The notes below the pieces were generated by a model. It ran no database searches. It saw nothing but the letters and a program-made list of their open reading frames with translations, and was not told the DNA's origin. A stretch of 64,000 nucleotides of DNA from Sedimenticolaceae bacterium (GTDB taxonomy: Bacteria > Pseudomonadota > Gammaproteobacteria > Chromatiales > Chromatiaceae), in NCBI GenBank assembly GCA_050288245.1, contig JBNKDM010000002.1:12067-76066 (forward strand), read 5' to 3'. Below are positions 40,945-54,333 of the stretch, in pieces. The position numbers and the translations under genes were made by a program. Each line of letters opens with the position of its first letter. Position 1 is the first letter of the stretch.

Positions 40945-41427
40945 TTATAATCCCGGGCGTTCTTCCAGCTCCATACTCAGGGATGTCTTTGCAAGTTCCA
41001 GCATCTTACGATGCTCCTCCTCTTCTTCTGCTAATTCAGAGCAGAATTTTTTAATCGCCGGGTTTTCAACCATACTAGCCATTACCTGATAGGTGTCGCG
41101 GGCATGGGATTCCATACTAATAGCAAAATCCAGGACAGCATTCATATCACCACTTTCGAACAGATCGTTATGTGCGGTTTCTGCCTGCTCCTCCATATCT
41201 TTTTCCAGCTCATCCAGGTAGGCCTCGGCATCAAATCCCTCTGCCAGTTCAGTCCCGGTTGCTTTTTCCAAAAAGTCGCGGGAGTGCCCATCTTCCATTC
41301 CGGCAAGTTCAATGAATAGCATGCGGGTTTCATCATCAGGTGTGACCTTTGCTGCCAGATTGTAGAAAGCAGCGGCTTTTACCTCATTTGCCAGGGCATT
41401 TTTTAACACGTCGTTCGCAGTACCCAT
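40945..41427 (-). CDS. Ferritin-like / rubrerythrin-family four-helix-bundle protein (no rubredoxin domain)
   Basis: Paired di-iron-type motifs: E..A (ALANEVKAAAFY), MEDGH, ISMESHA and EEEEEH. 160 aa, highly acidic. Confidence 0.75.
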   Translation of the reverse strand: MGTANDVLKNALANEVKAAAFYNLAAKVTPDDETRMLFIELAGMEDGHSRDFLEKATGTELAEGFDAEAYLDELEKDMEEQAETAHNDLFESGDMNAVLDFAISMESHARDTYQVMASMVENPAIKKFCSELAEEEEEHRKMLELAKTSLSMELEERPGL

Positions 41428-41547
41428 TGTTTTTCCTCCGATGTGTATGAATTATTGCAAATCGTTATATGATCAAATGTTACCGACCTTAATGTACAGG
41501 ATTATAGTTGCTTAAACCAAATAGTGGCGCAAACACCTGAGTGTCCG

Positions 41548-42447
41548 CTACCAGGCCAGGTTCATAAGTGAGCTGAAACATCTCGTTTCATCTGTTATCG
41601 GATCAATGAACTCCAGGCGTTTTGCCAACAGTTGCAGTGGTTGCTCGAAGTCATCTGCTGCCTCTGATTTTAACTCGGGATAATACCTTTCATTTACCAA
41701 TGGCATATCAAGCCCGCTCATATGCAGACGTAATTGATGTGTCTTGCCTGTAAGTGGGTAAAGATGAAACAGGCCCTTGGCATTCTTTACGGCTATACAC
41801 TCAATGCGGGTGCGCGCATTAATGTCGCCGTCGCTAACACTCATTCTAAACCAGGGATCGCCGCGTACAATCCGATTTTCCACCAACCATTGTCGTGGCA
41901 GTTGTTGTGTGAGTAAGTCTGAGTTTGTAGGAATATTTGCGATTGCATGGTAAGTCTTGGTTACTTGGCCCTTTGCAAACAGCATCTGATATGAAGCACG
42001 CGTATCCGGGTTGATTGAAAACATTACGATGCCGGCAGTGCAACGATCGATACGGTGTATTGGGGTAAGGGTATCGATACCGGTTTTGTTGCGCAGTCGG
42101 TATAGAAGTGACTGCCGTACATAGTTACCGTTGGGAATAACCGGCATAAAGTGCGGTTTATCTACCACCAGTAGCTTATCGTCCCGGTACACGATGGTTT
42201 CGGGAAATGGGATATCAGGCTCCTGTTCTACCTCACGGTAGTAGAGGACGCGTTTGTGGGGGGAGTAGTGGGAGTATTCTGAGATAGCTGTTTTATCCTC
42301 CCACTGAACCTTTCCATCTCTTATACGCTGTAACCATATGTCAGGGGTGATTCTGGGAAATCTTATCATCAGAAACTCTAATACAGTGGAGCAACCGGCG
42401 CTGTTTTTAGGTAGAGTGACAGACGAAGGATAATTTGATATCCCCAT
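41548..42447 (-). CDS. RluA-family RNA pseudouridine synthase
   Basis: Catalytic motif PIHRIDRCTAGIVMFS (HRLDxxTSG type), plus KTYHAI and TGKTHQLRLH. Confidence 0.88.
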   Translation of the reverse strand: MGISNYPSSVTLPKNSAGCSTVLEFLMIRFPRITPDIWLQRIRDGKVQWEDKTAISEYSHYSPHKRVLYYREVEQEPDIPFPETIVYRDDKLLVVDKPHFMPVIPNGNYVRQSLLYRLRNKTGIDTLTPIHRIDRCTAGIVMFSINPDTRASYQMLFAKGQVTKTYHAIANIPTNSDLLTQQLPRQWLVENRIVRGDPWFRMSVSDGDINARTRIECIAVKNAKGLFHLYPLTGKTHQLRLHMSGLDMPLVNERYYPELKSEAADDFEQPLQLLAKRLEFIDPITDETRCFSSLMNLAW

Positions 42448-42473
42448 AGGCTATAACCACCACATCTGTTTGT

Positions 42474-43136
42474 TCAGAAGTAGAGCCTTAGCACCGTCTC
42501 TGCCACACATGCAGGACGTTTACTGTCTTCCACCTCAATGCTGACCTCATTTACTACTTCTATGCTGCGCTTCATCGGCGTCAGTCCTACCAGACGGGTT
42601 CTGGCTCGTACTCTGGAACCGGCCTTAACCGGGAAGGGGAAACGCACCTGATTCAGACCATAATTAACCACCATCTTGGCATCAGGGTATGGATTTGTAT
42701 CCGGATCGACCGTCTCGGTAAGGGTTGGAATCAGAGCCAGGGTCAAAAAACCGTGGGCAATGGTTGATTTAAAAGGAGACTCGGTCTTTGCGCGCGCAGG
42801 ATCTGTGTGGATCCACTGATCGTCACCAGTGATATCCGCAAACTTATCTATACAGTTCTGGTCCACTGTGTGCCAGTGTCCCAGGAACGTCTCTTCTCCG
42901 AGTTTGCCTTTAAGCTCTTTATAGGTATTTTCCGCAGCAAGAGATATTACCGTTTCCGTTCCATCATCCTCGAAAGGATTGAAACGAGATATCCATGGGT
43001 TGTTAAGGGTATTAGCAATTTTATCGTTAATCAGTTCCGATAGATTACGGAATTTCGGTTCCAGCTTGGCGATAAATTCCGCGTTATTCTGTTGAATATT
43101 CTCGGTTTTTTCCCTAATAAATTCTATGACATTCAT
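42474..43136 (-). CDS. MaoC-domain (R)-specific enoyl-CoA hydratase/dehydratase with a ~80-aa N-terminal extension
   Basis: FADITGDDQWIHTDPARAKTESPFKSTIAHGFLTLALIP is the MaoC hot-dog signature. ATG 43136 is preferred over the TTG at 43148. Confidence 0.85.
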   Translation of the reverse strand: MNVIEFIREKTENIQQNNAEFIAKLEPKFRNLSELINDKIANTLNNPWISRFNPFEDDGTETVISLAAENTYKELKGKLGEETFLGHWHTVDQNCIDKFADITGDDQWIHTDPARAKTESPFKSTIAHGFLTLALIPTLTETVDPDTNPYPDAKMVVNYGLNQVRFPFPVKAGSRVRARTRLVGLTPMKRSIEVVNEVSIEVEDSKRPACVAETVLRLYF

Positions 43137-43230
43137 ATCTGCTTCCAATCATTCTTTACCAAAACACCTAATTCACACGCCCAATAATACTACATGCGCG
43201 CTCCTCTATAGAAAAATTATCTGGATCGGA

Positions 43231-43276
43231 GTTCCCTGGAACACATAACCTGTAAAATACGGTTATACCAGGGAAC
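43231..43276 (-). terminator. Candidate terminator hairpin downstream of the UDP-sugar gene pair
   Basis: gttccctgg...ccagggaac outer stem with an inner ataacc/ggttat stem. It lies ~75 nt after the epimerase stop. The T-tract is weak. Confidence 0.4.
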
Positions 43277-43349
43277 CTGACTTTATATGGCTGATTGAAT
43301 GCCGGTAAGTAAATACTAAATGAAGCGAAATGTGAAAGGAAAAGGCCCT

Positions 43350-44357
43350 CTACACCTTGTAGTAGTTACGGTACCACTCTACAAAATTGGCAATACCTTC
43401 TTGGATGGTGGTTTCCGGTTTATAGCCGGTGTCTTGCACCAGGGCTTCTACGTTAGCATAGGTGTCAGGTACATCCCCAGGCTGTAGCGGCAGTAGGTTC
43501 TGAATAGCCTCTTTTCCCAGGCACTCCTCCAGCACTGAGATATATTGTCTAAGTTCCACCGGGTTGTTATTGCCGATGTTGTAAATACGGTAGGGAGCCA
43601 GACTGGTTGCTGAATCTGGATTATCACCGCTCCATTCGGTATTAGGCTGTGCAACCCGATCCAGAGTGCGGATTACGCCCTCTACGATATCGTCAATATA
43701 GGTGAAGTCACGCCGGTGATTACCATAGTTGAATACATTGATCGGCTCTCCGGCCAGAATGCTTTTAGTGAACAGGAAAAGTGCCATGTCTGGACGGCCC
43801 CAGGGGCCATATACTGTAAAGAAGCGTAGACCGGTGACCGGAAGTTGATACAGGTGACTGTAGGTGTGGGCCATCAATTCGTTGGCCTTCTTGCTGGCTG
43901 CATATAGGCTTAATGGGTGGTCTACGTTGTCATGTACAGAGAAGGGCATATTGGTGTTGGCGCCATAGACAGAGCTGCTTGAAGCGAACACCAGATGTTC
44001 AACATCATTATGCCGGCATCCTTCGAGTATATTGCCAAATCCGACCAAATTGGTATCGATATAGGCCTGGGGATTTTCAATGGAATAGCGTACCCCTGCC
44101 TGGGCTGCCAGGTTTACCACTCGATTCGGTTTGTGTCTGCTGAAGGCGTCCGCCACTGCGTCTCGATCTTCGATATTTATCCGCAGGTCTGTGTAACCCG
44201 GATGAGGGAGGGTACGGGCCAGGCGCGCCTGTTTCAGGTTGACGTCGTAATAGTCATTTAGACAATCAATACCTATGACCTCATCTCCGCGCTCCAATAG
44301 TCGCAGAGATAGTGCTGAACCAATAAAACCTGCGCTTCCTGTAATTAAAACCTTCAT
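43350..44357 (-). CDS. NAD-dependent nucleotide-sugar 4-epimerase (UDP-glucuronate 4-epimerase family)
   Basis: [46 protein letters not shown], the SDR catalytic YAASKKANE, and a YRNYY C-terminus. Confidence 0.9.
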   Translation of the reverse strand: MKVLITGSAGFIGSALSLRLLERGDEVIGIDCLNDYYDVNLKQARLARTLPHPGYTDLRINIEDRDAVADAFSRHKPNRVVNLAAQAGVRYSIENPQAYIDTNLVGFGNILEGCRHNDVEHLVFASSSSVYGANTNMPFSVHDNVDHPLSLYAASKKANELMAHTYSHLYQLPVTGLRFFTVYGPWGRPDMALFLFTKSILAGEPINVFNYGNHRRDFTYIDDIVEGVIRTLDRVAQPNTEWSGDNPDSATSLAPYRIYNIGNNNPVELRQYISVLEECLGKEAIQNLLPLQPGDVPDTYANVEALVQDTGYKPETTIQEGIANFVEWYRNYYKV

Positions 44358-44410
44358 ACTGAATCCTTCTGCAATTTGCTTTTTTGTTACTGCCTACTGT
44401 TATACAAGTA

Positions 44411-45688
44411 CTACAGCCGTCCATCCACTGCGTCTTTAGGTAGGAGATGTTTTACATCATAGAGAATGGAATTAGCAGTCCCAAAGCTACGGATGCGATC
44501 TGCTCCAAGTTGTTGAAACTCTCTATGGGCTACCGCTAACACCACAGCATCGTAGTGGTTATTTTGTGGTGTATCGATAAGTTCAATACCATACTCGCGT
44601 TTAGCCTGTTTGGGATCTGCCCATGGATCATATACATCGACCTTGGTACCAAAACTTTCAAACTCAGCGATCATATCAGCAACCTTGGTGTTGCGCAGAT
44701 CATTACAGTTTTCTTTGAAGGTGAGACCAAGTATCAGCACCTTACTGTTGGCAATCGCATGGCCACGCTTGATCATCATTTTAATGATCACTCCTACAAT
44801 ATAAGCTCCCATGCGGTCATTGATGCGACGTCCAGAGAGTATCACCTCTGGCTGATGACCAATGGACTTGGCCTTGTGGGTAAGATAATAGGGATCGACC
44901 CCAATACAGTGTCCTCCTACCAGACCGGGACGAAATGGCAGAAAATTCCATTTACTGCCGGCCGCTTCCAATACTTCCAGGGTATCTATTCCGAGGCGGT
45001 TGAAGATGATTGCAAGTTCATTGACCAGGGCGATATTCAGATCGCGTTGGGTGTTTTCAATCACCTTGGCCGCTTCCGCAACCTTGATACTGCTGGCCCT
45101 GTGAGTCCCGGCGGTGATGATACTGCGATATAGATCATCTATAAATTCTGCTACTTCAGGGGTTGAACCTGAGGTTACCTTAAGGATGTTTGGTAGCCGA
45201 TGCTCTTTATCGCCTGGATTGATGCGTTCCGGGCTATAGCCGACAAAAAAGTCCCGGTTAAATACCAGGCCAGAGTCTGATTCGAGGATAGGAACACATA
45301 CCTCTTCAGTGGCACCTGGGTATACCGTAGACTCGTAGACCACAATATCACCACTCTTCAGAATCATACCCAGAGTGTGACTGGCGGCTATTATAGGTGA
45401 GAGATCAGGTTGCTTGTGTTCATCGATAGGTGTAGGGACCGTGACAATATAAAAGTTGCAACCTTCAAGCTTACTTGTCTGATCAGTGAATGTCAGATTC
45501 ACTGCCTGAGACAATCCATCCGGCTCCACTTCCAGAGTAGAGTCATTTCCGCTTAACAGCTCATCAATACGCGCGCTGTTGATGTCAAAACCTACTGTTG
45601 GGTATCTCTTTCCGAACTCAACTGCCAATGGTAGGCCGACATAACCCAGTCCGATCACGCCTATCTTCGTCTCTTCAAGCTTAAACAT
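44411..45688 (-). CDS. Nucleotide-sugar 6-dehydrogenase (TviB/WbpO/CapL family)
   Basis: [20 protein letters not shown]...VGFDIN..RIDEL, with the catalytic Cys context [15 protein letters not shown]. Confidence 0.9.
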   Translation of the reverse strand: MFKLEETKIGVIGLGYVGLPLAVEFGKRYPTVGFDINSARIDELLSGNDSTLEVEPDGLSQAVNLTFTDQTSKLEGCNFYIVTVPTPIDEHKQPDLSPIIAASHTLGMILKSGDIVVYESTVYPGATEEVCVPILESDSGLVFNRDFFVGYSPERINPGDKEHRLPNILKVTSGSTPEVAEFIDDLYRSIITAGTHRASSIKVAEAAKVIENTQRDLNIALVNELAIIFNRLGIDTLEVLEAAGSKWNFLPFRPGLVGGHCIGVDPYYLTHKAKSIGHQPEVILSGRRINDRMGAYIVGVIIKMMIKRGHAIANSKVLILGLTFKENCNDLRNTKVADMIAEFESFGTKVDVYDPWADPKQAKREYGIELIDTPQNNHYDAVVLAVAHREFQQLGADRIRSFGTANSILYDVKHLLPKDAVDGRL

Positions 45689-45750
45689 GGTGTGTGTAAT
45701 CCATCCTCGATTATTGTTGTGTCCTGAAGGACTTGTCAGGTCATACGTTG

Positions 45751-46140
45751 TCAGGGTAGCTTAACCGGTATTGGTGGTTGCCAACCAGGTGCGCGATGCT
45801 CTACTACTACCGTGGTGTAGATACCGCCACGCACATTGAATTTTGCAGTCAAACGCATGAATCTTGGGGCAGTTGCAGCAACCAGATCTTGCTGTATCTG
45901 ATTGGTTACATCCTCGTGAAAGGCTCCCTCGTCGCGGAAAGACCAGGCATAAAGCTTTAAGGACTTCAATTCCACGCACAGTTTGTCAGGAATATATTCG
46001 ATAGTAAGCTCTGCAAAGTCAGGCTGCCCGGTCTTTGGGCAGAGACAGGTAAACTCAGGAACCTGGATTCTGATAGTGTAATCACGCTCTTGCTGAGGGT
46101 TTTCAAATACTTCCAGCGCCTTTGTGGGATTAGTTGTCAT
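45751..46140 (-). CDS. queF: NADPH-dependent 7-cyano-7-deazaguanine (preQ0) reductase, unimodular type I
   Basis: Catalytic Cys in [13 protein letters not shown] and the QueF motif [12 protein letters not shown]. ~129 aa from ATG 46140; the ORF-track start at 46200 is a TTG. Confidence 0.9.
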   Translation of the reverse strand: MTTNPTKALEVFENPQQERDYTIRIQVPEFTCLCPKTGQPDFAELTIEYIPDKLCVELKSLKLYAWSFRDEGAFHEDVTNQIQQDLVAATAPRFMRLTAKFNVRGGIYTTVVVEHRAPGWQPPIPVKLP

Positions 46141-46418
46141 ATTGTTGAGGTCTGATACTTTAAGGAAAATTGGCTGCTGATTATACGTAACAAAAGACAA
46201 CTACTCCATCCATAGATCGTGTATGATTCAGCGCCTGCCTGCGGAGTTCATGATAGATTCTCTTCGGAGTGTGACTTAGGTATGTTTTTTACTGGCAGCC
46301 ATTATTTATGATTTAATTAATTACACCAATAAACAATAAGATAAGTAACATATCTAATGTATTTTATATTTTATAATCAGCTTGTATCAAAACCGGGCAA
46401 ACGGTATCTTTAGCGCCT

Positions 46419-49400
46419 ATGCGTTTGGAAAAAATAAAACTAGCAGGATTCAAGTCCTTCGTCGACCCAACCACCGTAAACATCCCAAGCAACCTAGTCT
46501 GCGTTGTTGGTCCGAACGGTTGCGGAAAGTCAAATATTATCGATGCGGTGCGCTGGGTTATGGGCGAAAGCTCCGCCAAGATGCTGCGTGGTGAATCGAT
46601 GGCGGACGTAATCTTCAATGGCTCCTCATCCAGAAAACCGGTCGGTTCCGCCAGTATTGAACTTCTGTTCGACAACAGTAATGGAAGTGCTGGCGGGCAA
46701 TATGCCAAATACAATCAGATATCGGTTAAGCGGCAAGTTCATCGTGATGGCCAGTCAAACTATCAACTGAATGGAGTACGCTGCCGCCGCCGTGATATTA
46801 CCGATCTATTTCTAGGCACCGGTCTTGGTCCGCGCAGTTACTCCATCATCGAACAGGGTATGATCTCCCGTCTGATTGAGGCCAAGCCAGAGGATCTGCG
46901 CGCATTTCTGGAGGAAGCTGCAGGTATATCCAAATACAAGGAGCGTCGTCGGGAAACAGAAAATAGAATAAAAAGAACTCGTGAAAACCTAAGCAGATTA
47001 AATGACTTAAGAGATGAAGTTGATAAATTACTTCAGAGACTGAAGCGCCAATCTGCCACTGCGGAAAGATACAAGGTGCTGAAACAGCAGGAACGGCAGA
47101 TGAAGGCTGAACTGTTGACCCTGCGCTGGCAGATAATGGGTAAAGAGCTGGAGGTGATGGATAAGAAGCTGAGGGATCAAACTACAGTGATGGAGGCGGC
47201 GCTGGCCAAACAACGCCATCTTGAGTCAAGGATCGAACAGGAACGCGACGAGCATGCCGAAGCAAATACCCAATTCAATTCTGTCCAAGGTCGTTACTAT
47301 GCTGTTGGTGCCGAGATTGCGCGGTTGGAACAGACCATCAAACATATCACCTCTCTGAGGCAGCAGCAGGAGATTGACCTGGAGCAGACCCAGCAGGCTT
47401 GGCAAGAGTCGATGGATCATCAGGAACATGACAGTGAGAAACTGCGGGAGATTCAGCGCGTGCTGGATGAAGAGGACCCACACCTGCAGGAGGCGCGCAG
47501 ACTTGAACAGATGGCATCTGAAAAGCTTACCAAGGCGGAGCAGGAACTCACTGTCTGGCAGAACGAATGGGATGAGTTTAACCGGCATGCGGCAGAACCG
47601 GCTCAGTCCGCCCAGGTTGAGAGGACCAGAATCAATCATCTGGAGCAGCAGGAGCGGAATCACCAGATACGGCTTCAGCGTCTGGAATCTGAGCTGGAAC
47701 GTCTGAGAGAACCAAATCTACAGCAGGAGATACTCGGGTTTCAGCAACAGGAGGGGCAATTACAGAAACAGGTAGAAACGCTCCAGCTGCAACTGGATGG
47801 ATCCATATCCGCCATCTCCAGCATCAGAGATAGCCACAACCAGCGGCAAGCCGAGCAGAATCAGGTGCTGGCAGAACTACAACAGGTAACCGGCAGGCAG
47901 GTATCGCTGGAGACACTGCAGGAAGCTGCTCTAGGGAAGAAGGGGAAGGCTACAGCCCAGTGGTTGGAACAACATCAGCTGGACCATGCCGCCAGACTGG
48001 CTGAGAAGATAGAGGTTGAGAACGGCTGGCAGCAGGCAGTTGAGATGGTTTTGGGATTCAATCTCCAGGCGATCTGCACAGATGGAGTTACCAGGCTTGC
48101 TGCAGATATCGAGCAGTTGCAGAATGGTTCTCTCTCCCTGTTTGACACCAGCGCACACACCTCATCAAATAGTTCTGATTCCGATCTATTGATAAACAAG
48201 GTTAGGGCTCCGTGGGATCTTGCTTCCCTGCTCTCAGGGGTAAAGATCGCAGCAGATCTGCCACAGGCATTGCTAATGCGCCAGAACCTGAGTTCGGGGG
48301 AATCGGTAATTACCCAAAGTGGTGTCTGGATCGGAACTAACTGGCTGCGTCTAAACCGGGAGTCTGGTGAGACCTCTGGTGTATTAGAGCGGGAAGGGGA
48401 GATTCGCGAACTGATTGATCGCAAGCAGCAGCTTCAGACCAGAGTCGATGAATTGGCCGCGCAGGTAGACAAAGACCGGACAGAATTGCAACGGGCTGAG
48501 CATGATCGCGACCAGGTACAGAACCAGCTTAACCAGCTTAACCGCTCATTGTCTGATGTTCGTTCGAATATGAGTGGACGTATGGCGCGGGCGGAACAGC
48601 AGAAGAATCGCAATGAAAATATCGTACGTGAGATAACCGAACTAAAACAGCAGCAGCAACAGGAGCAGGGAGAGATCACCCAGGCACGTGCCAAACTGCA
48701 TGCGGCTCTTGAGGAGATGGAGACCCTGACGGAACAGCGCGAGGTTCTGGTCAAACGCCGGGATAGTCTGCGGGCACAACGTACCGATATCAGGGACGAA
48801 ACCCTGGATCTGCGCAGCAAGGCCCATGCAATAGCCTTGCGTATCGAATCTATGCGCTCCTCCCAGGAGTCCCTGACTCAGAATCTGGAGCGGATGAAGA
48901 GTCAGATCACCCATCTGTCGGCGCGAAGGGATGAGTTACAAAGTGCCATCGACCAGAGCCATGCACCGCTGGAACAGAACAACAGAGATCTGGCGGAACA
49001 GTTGGAGATGCGGGTTGGGGTTGAAGCTGAAATGCAGGCGGCACGCGGTAAGCTGGAACAGATAGATGCGGCTCTGCGCACGCATGAGCAGCAAAGGAGC
49101 GAGGCGGAGCAGCAAGTCCAGATGGAGCGGGATATCCTGGATAAGGGGAGAATGCAGCATCAGGAGGTTCTGGTACGCCACAAGACCATTAGTGAACAAA
49201 TCGACGAGTCAGGCTTTGACCGCGATGAACTTCTCAGTAACCTGCCTCAGGACGCTACCAAGCAAAAATGGGAAGAGGATCTGGAGCGTATGGATATGCG
49301 CATTCGACGCCTTGGACCGATCAACCTTGCAGCCATTGATGAATACCAGGAGCAGTCTGAGCGCAAGGTTTATCTGGACTCACAACATGAGGATGTAAGC

Positions 49401-49925
49401 AACGCTCTGGAAACTCTGGAAAATGTCATCCGCAAGATAGACCGTGAGACCCGCACCCGCTTTAAGGAGACCTTCGACAAGGTGAATTCCGGACTCCAGG
49501 ATAAGTTTCCGCAGCTGTTTGGAGGTGGGCACGCCTATCTGCAACTTACCGGCGATGACCTACTGGATACCGGGGTAACGGTCATGGCGCGGCCGCCGGG
49601 TAAGCGCAACTCCAGTATTCATCTGCTATCGGGCGGAGAGAAGGCGTTAACGGCTGTGGCGTTGGTATTTGCCATCTTCAACCTCAACCCATCGCCTTTC
49701 TGTATGCTGGATGAGGTGGATGCACCGCTGGATGACGCAAATGTAGTGCGCTTTTGTGAAATGGTAAGATCCATGTCTGACCAGGTACAGTTCATATTTA
49801 TTACCCATAATAAACTGACTATGGAGATCGCCAATCACCTTACTGGTGTAACCATGCACGAGGCCGGTGTCTCCAGACTGGTTTCAGTAGATCTGGATGA
49901 AGCTGCCAAGATGGTTGCCAGCTAA
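46419..49925 (+). CDS. smc: Chromosome partition protein Smc
   Basis: MRLEKIKLAGFKSF...GPNGCGKSNIIDA Walker A, long coiled coils, a hinge, and the C-terminal LSGGEKALTAVALVFA...LDEVDAPLD. Confidence 0.97.
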   Translation: MRLEKIKLAGFKSFVDPTTVNIPSNLVCVVGPNGCGKSNIIDAVRWVMGESSAKMLRGESMADVIFNGSSSRKPVGSASIELLFDNSNGSAGGQYAKYNQISVKRQVHRDGQSNYQLNGVRCRRRDITDLFLGTGLGPRSYSIIEQGMISRLIEAKPEDLRAFLEEAAGISKYKERRRETENRIKRTRENLSRLNDLRDEVDKLLQRLKRQSATAERYKVLKQQERQMKAELLTLRWQIMGKELEVMDKKLRDQTTVMEAALAKQRHLESRIEQERDEHAEANTQFNSVQGRYYAVGAEIARLEQTIKHITSLRQQQEIDLEQTQQAWQESMDHQEHDSEKLREIQRVLDEEDPHLQEARRLEQMASEKLTKAEQELTVWQNEWDEFNRHAAEPAQSAQVERTRINHLEQQERNHQIRLQRLESELERLREPNLQQEILGFQQQEGQLQKQVETLQLQLDGSISAISSIRDSHNQRQAEQNQVLAELQQVTGRQVSLETLQEAALGKKGKATAQWLEQHQLDHAARLAEKIEVENGWQQAVEMVLGFNLQAICTDGVTRLAADIEQLQNGSLSLFDTSAHTSSNSSDSDLLINKVRAPWDLASLLSGVKIAADLPQALLMRQNLSSGESVITQSGVWIGTNWLRLNRESGETSGVLEREGEIRELIDRKQQLQTRVDELAAQVDKDRTELQRAEHDRDQVQNQLNQLNRSLSDVRSNMSGRMARAEQQKNRNENIVREITELKQQQQQEQGEITQARAKLHAALEEMETLTEQREVLVKRRDSLRAQRTDIRDETLDLRSKAHAIALRIESMRSSQESLTQNLERMKSQITHLSARRDELQSAIDQSHAPLEQNNRDLAEQLEMRVGVEAEMQAARGKLEQIDAALRTHEQQRSEAEQQVQMERDILDKGRMQHQEVLVRHKTISEQIDESGFDRDELLSNLPQDATKQKWEEDLERMDMRIRRLGPINLAAIDEYQEQSERKVYLDSQHEDVSNALETLENVIRKIDRETRTRFKETFDKVNSGLQDKFPQLFGGGHAYLQLTGDDLLDTGVTVMARPPGKRNSSIHLLSGGEKALTAVALVFAIFNLNPSPFCMLDEVDAPLDDANVVRFCEMVRSMSDQVQFIFITHNKLTMEIANHLTGVTMHEAGVSRLVSVDLDEAAKMVAS

Positions 49926-50086
49926 CAGAAGAGCAATCATGGGCGACAGTATTTGCTAAGTGCCAAATATTTGAACTCTGTTGGATAAACCTGAGATCAT
50001 CGCTCTTAACAAATACCTGGAGCGTGGTATCCTTTGCTGACTGATTGTTTGCGCAGGCTTACAAATAAGGGCTAACAACCAAACAG

Positions 50087-53016
<2,930 letters not shown>

Positions 53017-53024
53017 GAAATGTA

Positions 53025-53981
53025 TTAAGCAATACTATTTCTGTGAAGCCTTACTGCTATAAAACCAATAGCAGACCCAAACAACCAGAAGGCAGCAGGT
53101 ACCGGCACGGGGGTGATTTCACCTTCAAACAGCACATTATGGAATTGAGTAACCACCTCTCCGTCTAATGCCACATATGACTGTGCAATCAGCTGACCAT
53201 CCAAGGCGCCATTACTTGGACCATTGCTCCCCACAGCTGCATTTGGAGCCAGGATAGAACCCATTAGATTTTTGCCTGAGAAAAGAGTCAGCTCGGTAGA
53301 TTCGTAGAAGTTATAGATGATATGGGCTGAGTCGATACCGCCATTCAAGAAGACACTGCCATCCTTGAAGGTTTGTCCAGAACCACTGACATTGATCAGA
53401 ACAGTTGAACCGGCCGGAGCGGAAATTCTTAAATCGGTCACATCCTTCAGCTCACTACCGACTATAGAAAACATATTTAATGCCGCGTCAGTACCGGTCA
53501 GGTTTAATGAACCGTATTGCGCATGTGTAGTTGTGTATCCTGAGGTCAAGTCACCCCACGAGGCAGATAAATTTTGATACATAGTCTCTGCCGCAGAAAA
53601 ATCAATCGGAGACGGAGAATAACCCACACTGTTCTTGCTATTAAAGCTGGTGAATGAGGATGAAATGCCACTACCATCCGAGGTGTAGATCATGCCATTT
53701 TGATCACTGCCAACACCACCATTACTAGCGGTGACACTTCCGCCAGCATCAAGTCTTGCTCCGCTGTCGCCATTGATTAGTGTAGCAACACTGTGTGGTG
53801 TGAGAGTAACGTCACCCCCTGCGGCAAGATTGCCTTGAGTATCCGCGCCGTGACTCTCATAGTTACCGAAAACAAATACGTTGTAGTTGCCAGCGGGGCC
53901 GATTATTGCAGAATTAGCTGGGATTACGACAGCAAGTGCAGACAGGCAGATAAAAGTCGCCAGAGTGTGTTTGAACCGCAT
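53025..53981 (-). CDS. Choice-of-anchor-A domain surface protein with a VPLPA/PEP-CTERM-type sorting tail
   Basis: Signal peptide, then IIGPAGNYNVFVFGNYESHGADTQGNLAAGGDVTL, the characteristic start of the choice-of-anchor A domain. C-terminus PVPVPAAFWLFGSAIGFIAVRLHRN. Confidence 0.8.
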   Translation of the reverse strand: MRFKHTLATFICLSALAVVIPANSAIIGPAGNYNVFVFGNYESHGADTQGNLAAGGDVTLTPHSVATLINGDSGARLDAGGSVTASNGGVGSDQNGMIYTSDGSGISSSFTSFNSKNSVGYSPSPIDFSAAETMYQNLSASWGDLTSGYTTTHAQYGSLNLTGTDAALNMFSIVGSELKDVTDLRISAPAGSTVLINVSGSGQTFKDGSVFLNGGIDSAHIIYNFYESTELTLFSGKNLMGSILAPNAAVGSNGPSNGALDGQLIAQSYVALDGEVVTQFHNVLFEGEITPVPVPAAFWLFGSAIGFIAVRLHRNSIA

Positions 53982-54333
53982 ATTTCAACTACTCAATTTT
54001 ATAATTATTTAATGTATGTGCGTCCCGATTGTGCGAATTGTACTGCGACTTCTGTCACAATTACAATATCCATATACGGTAGATTAATTCCCACTTTTTC
54101 GCTGATTGCAAGTGCAGATTATACAGCGCAAACACCTTAATAACTGTGGGTTAGATGGATGAAATCAGGTCATATCTTTTCTTGATGAATAAATCGCGAG
54201 ACCTGGTTAACAATGTGAACAATATTAGGCAGTAAATTCCCATTATTGATGGACTTGTGGATATTGTGTGCTTACTATCGTCGCACTCCGTCCCTGACGG
54301 AGGAAAGTTGTCAACCCACTAAAGGAGTAGATC

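Noticed and set aside
41428-41547. Fur-box-like AT-rich stretch (ATAACGATTTGCAATAATTC on the minus strand) upstream of the ferritin-like gene.
   Set aside because: It matches the 19-bp Fur consensus at only ~11 of 19 positions, in generally AT-rich DNA.
46141-46418. preQ1 riboswitch upstream of queF, or other structured RNA in the queF-smc spacer.
   Set aside because: No preQ1-I/II core is visible on the queF strand (no conserved stem plus A-rich tail). The region is simply AT-rich divergent promoter DNA.
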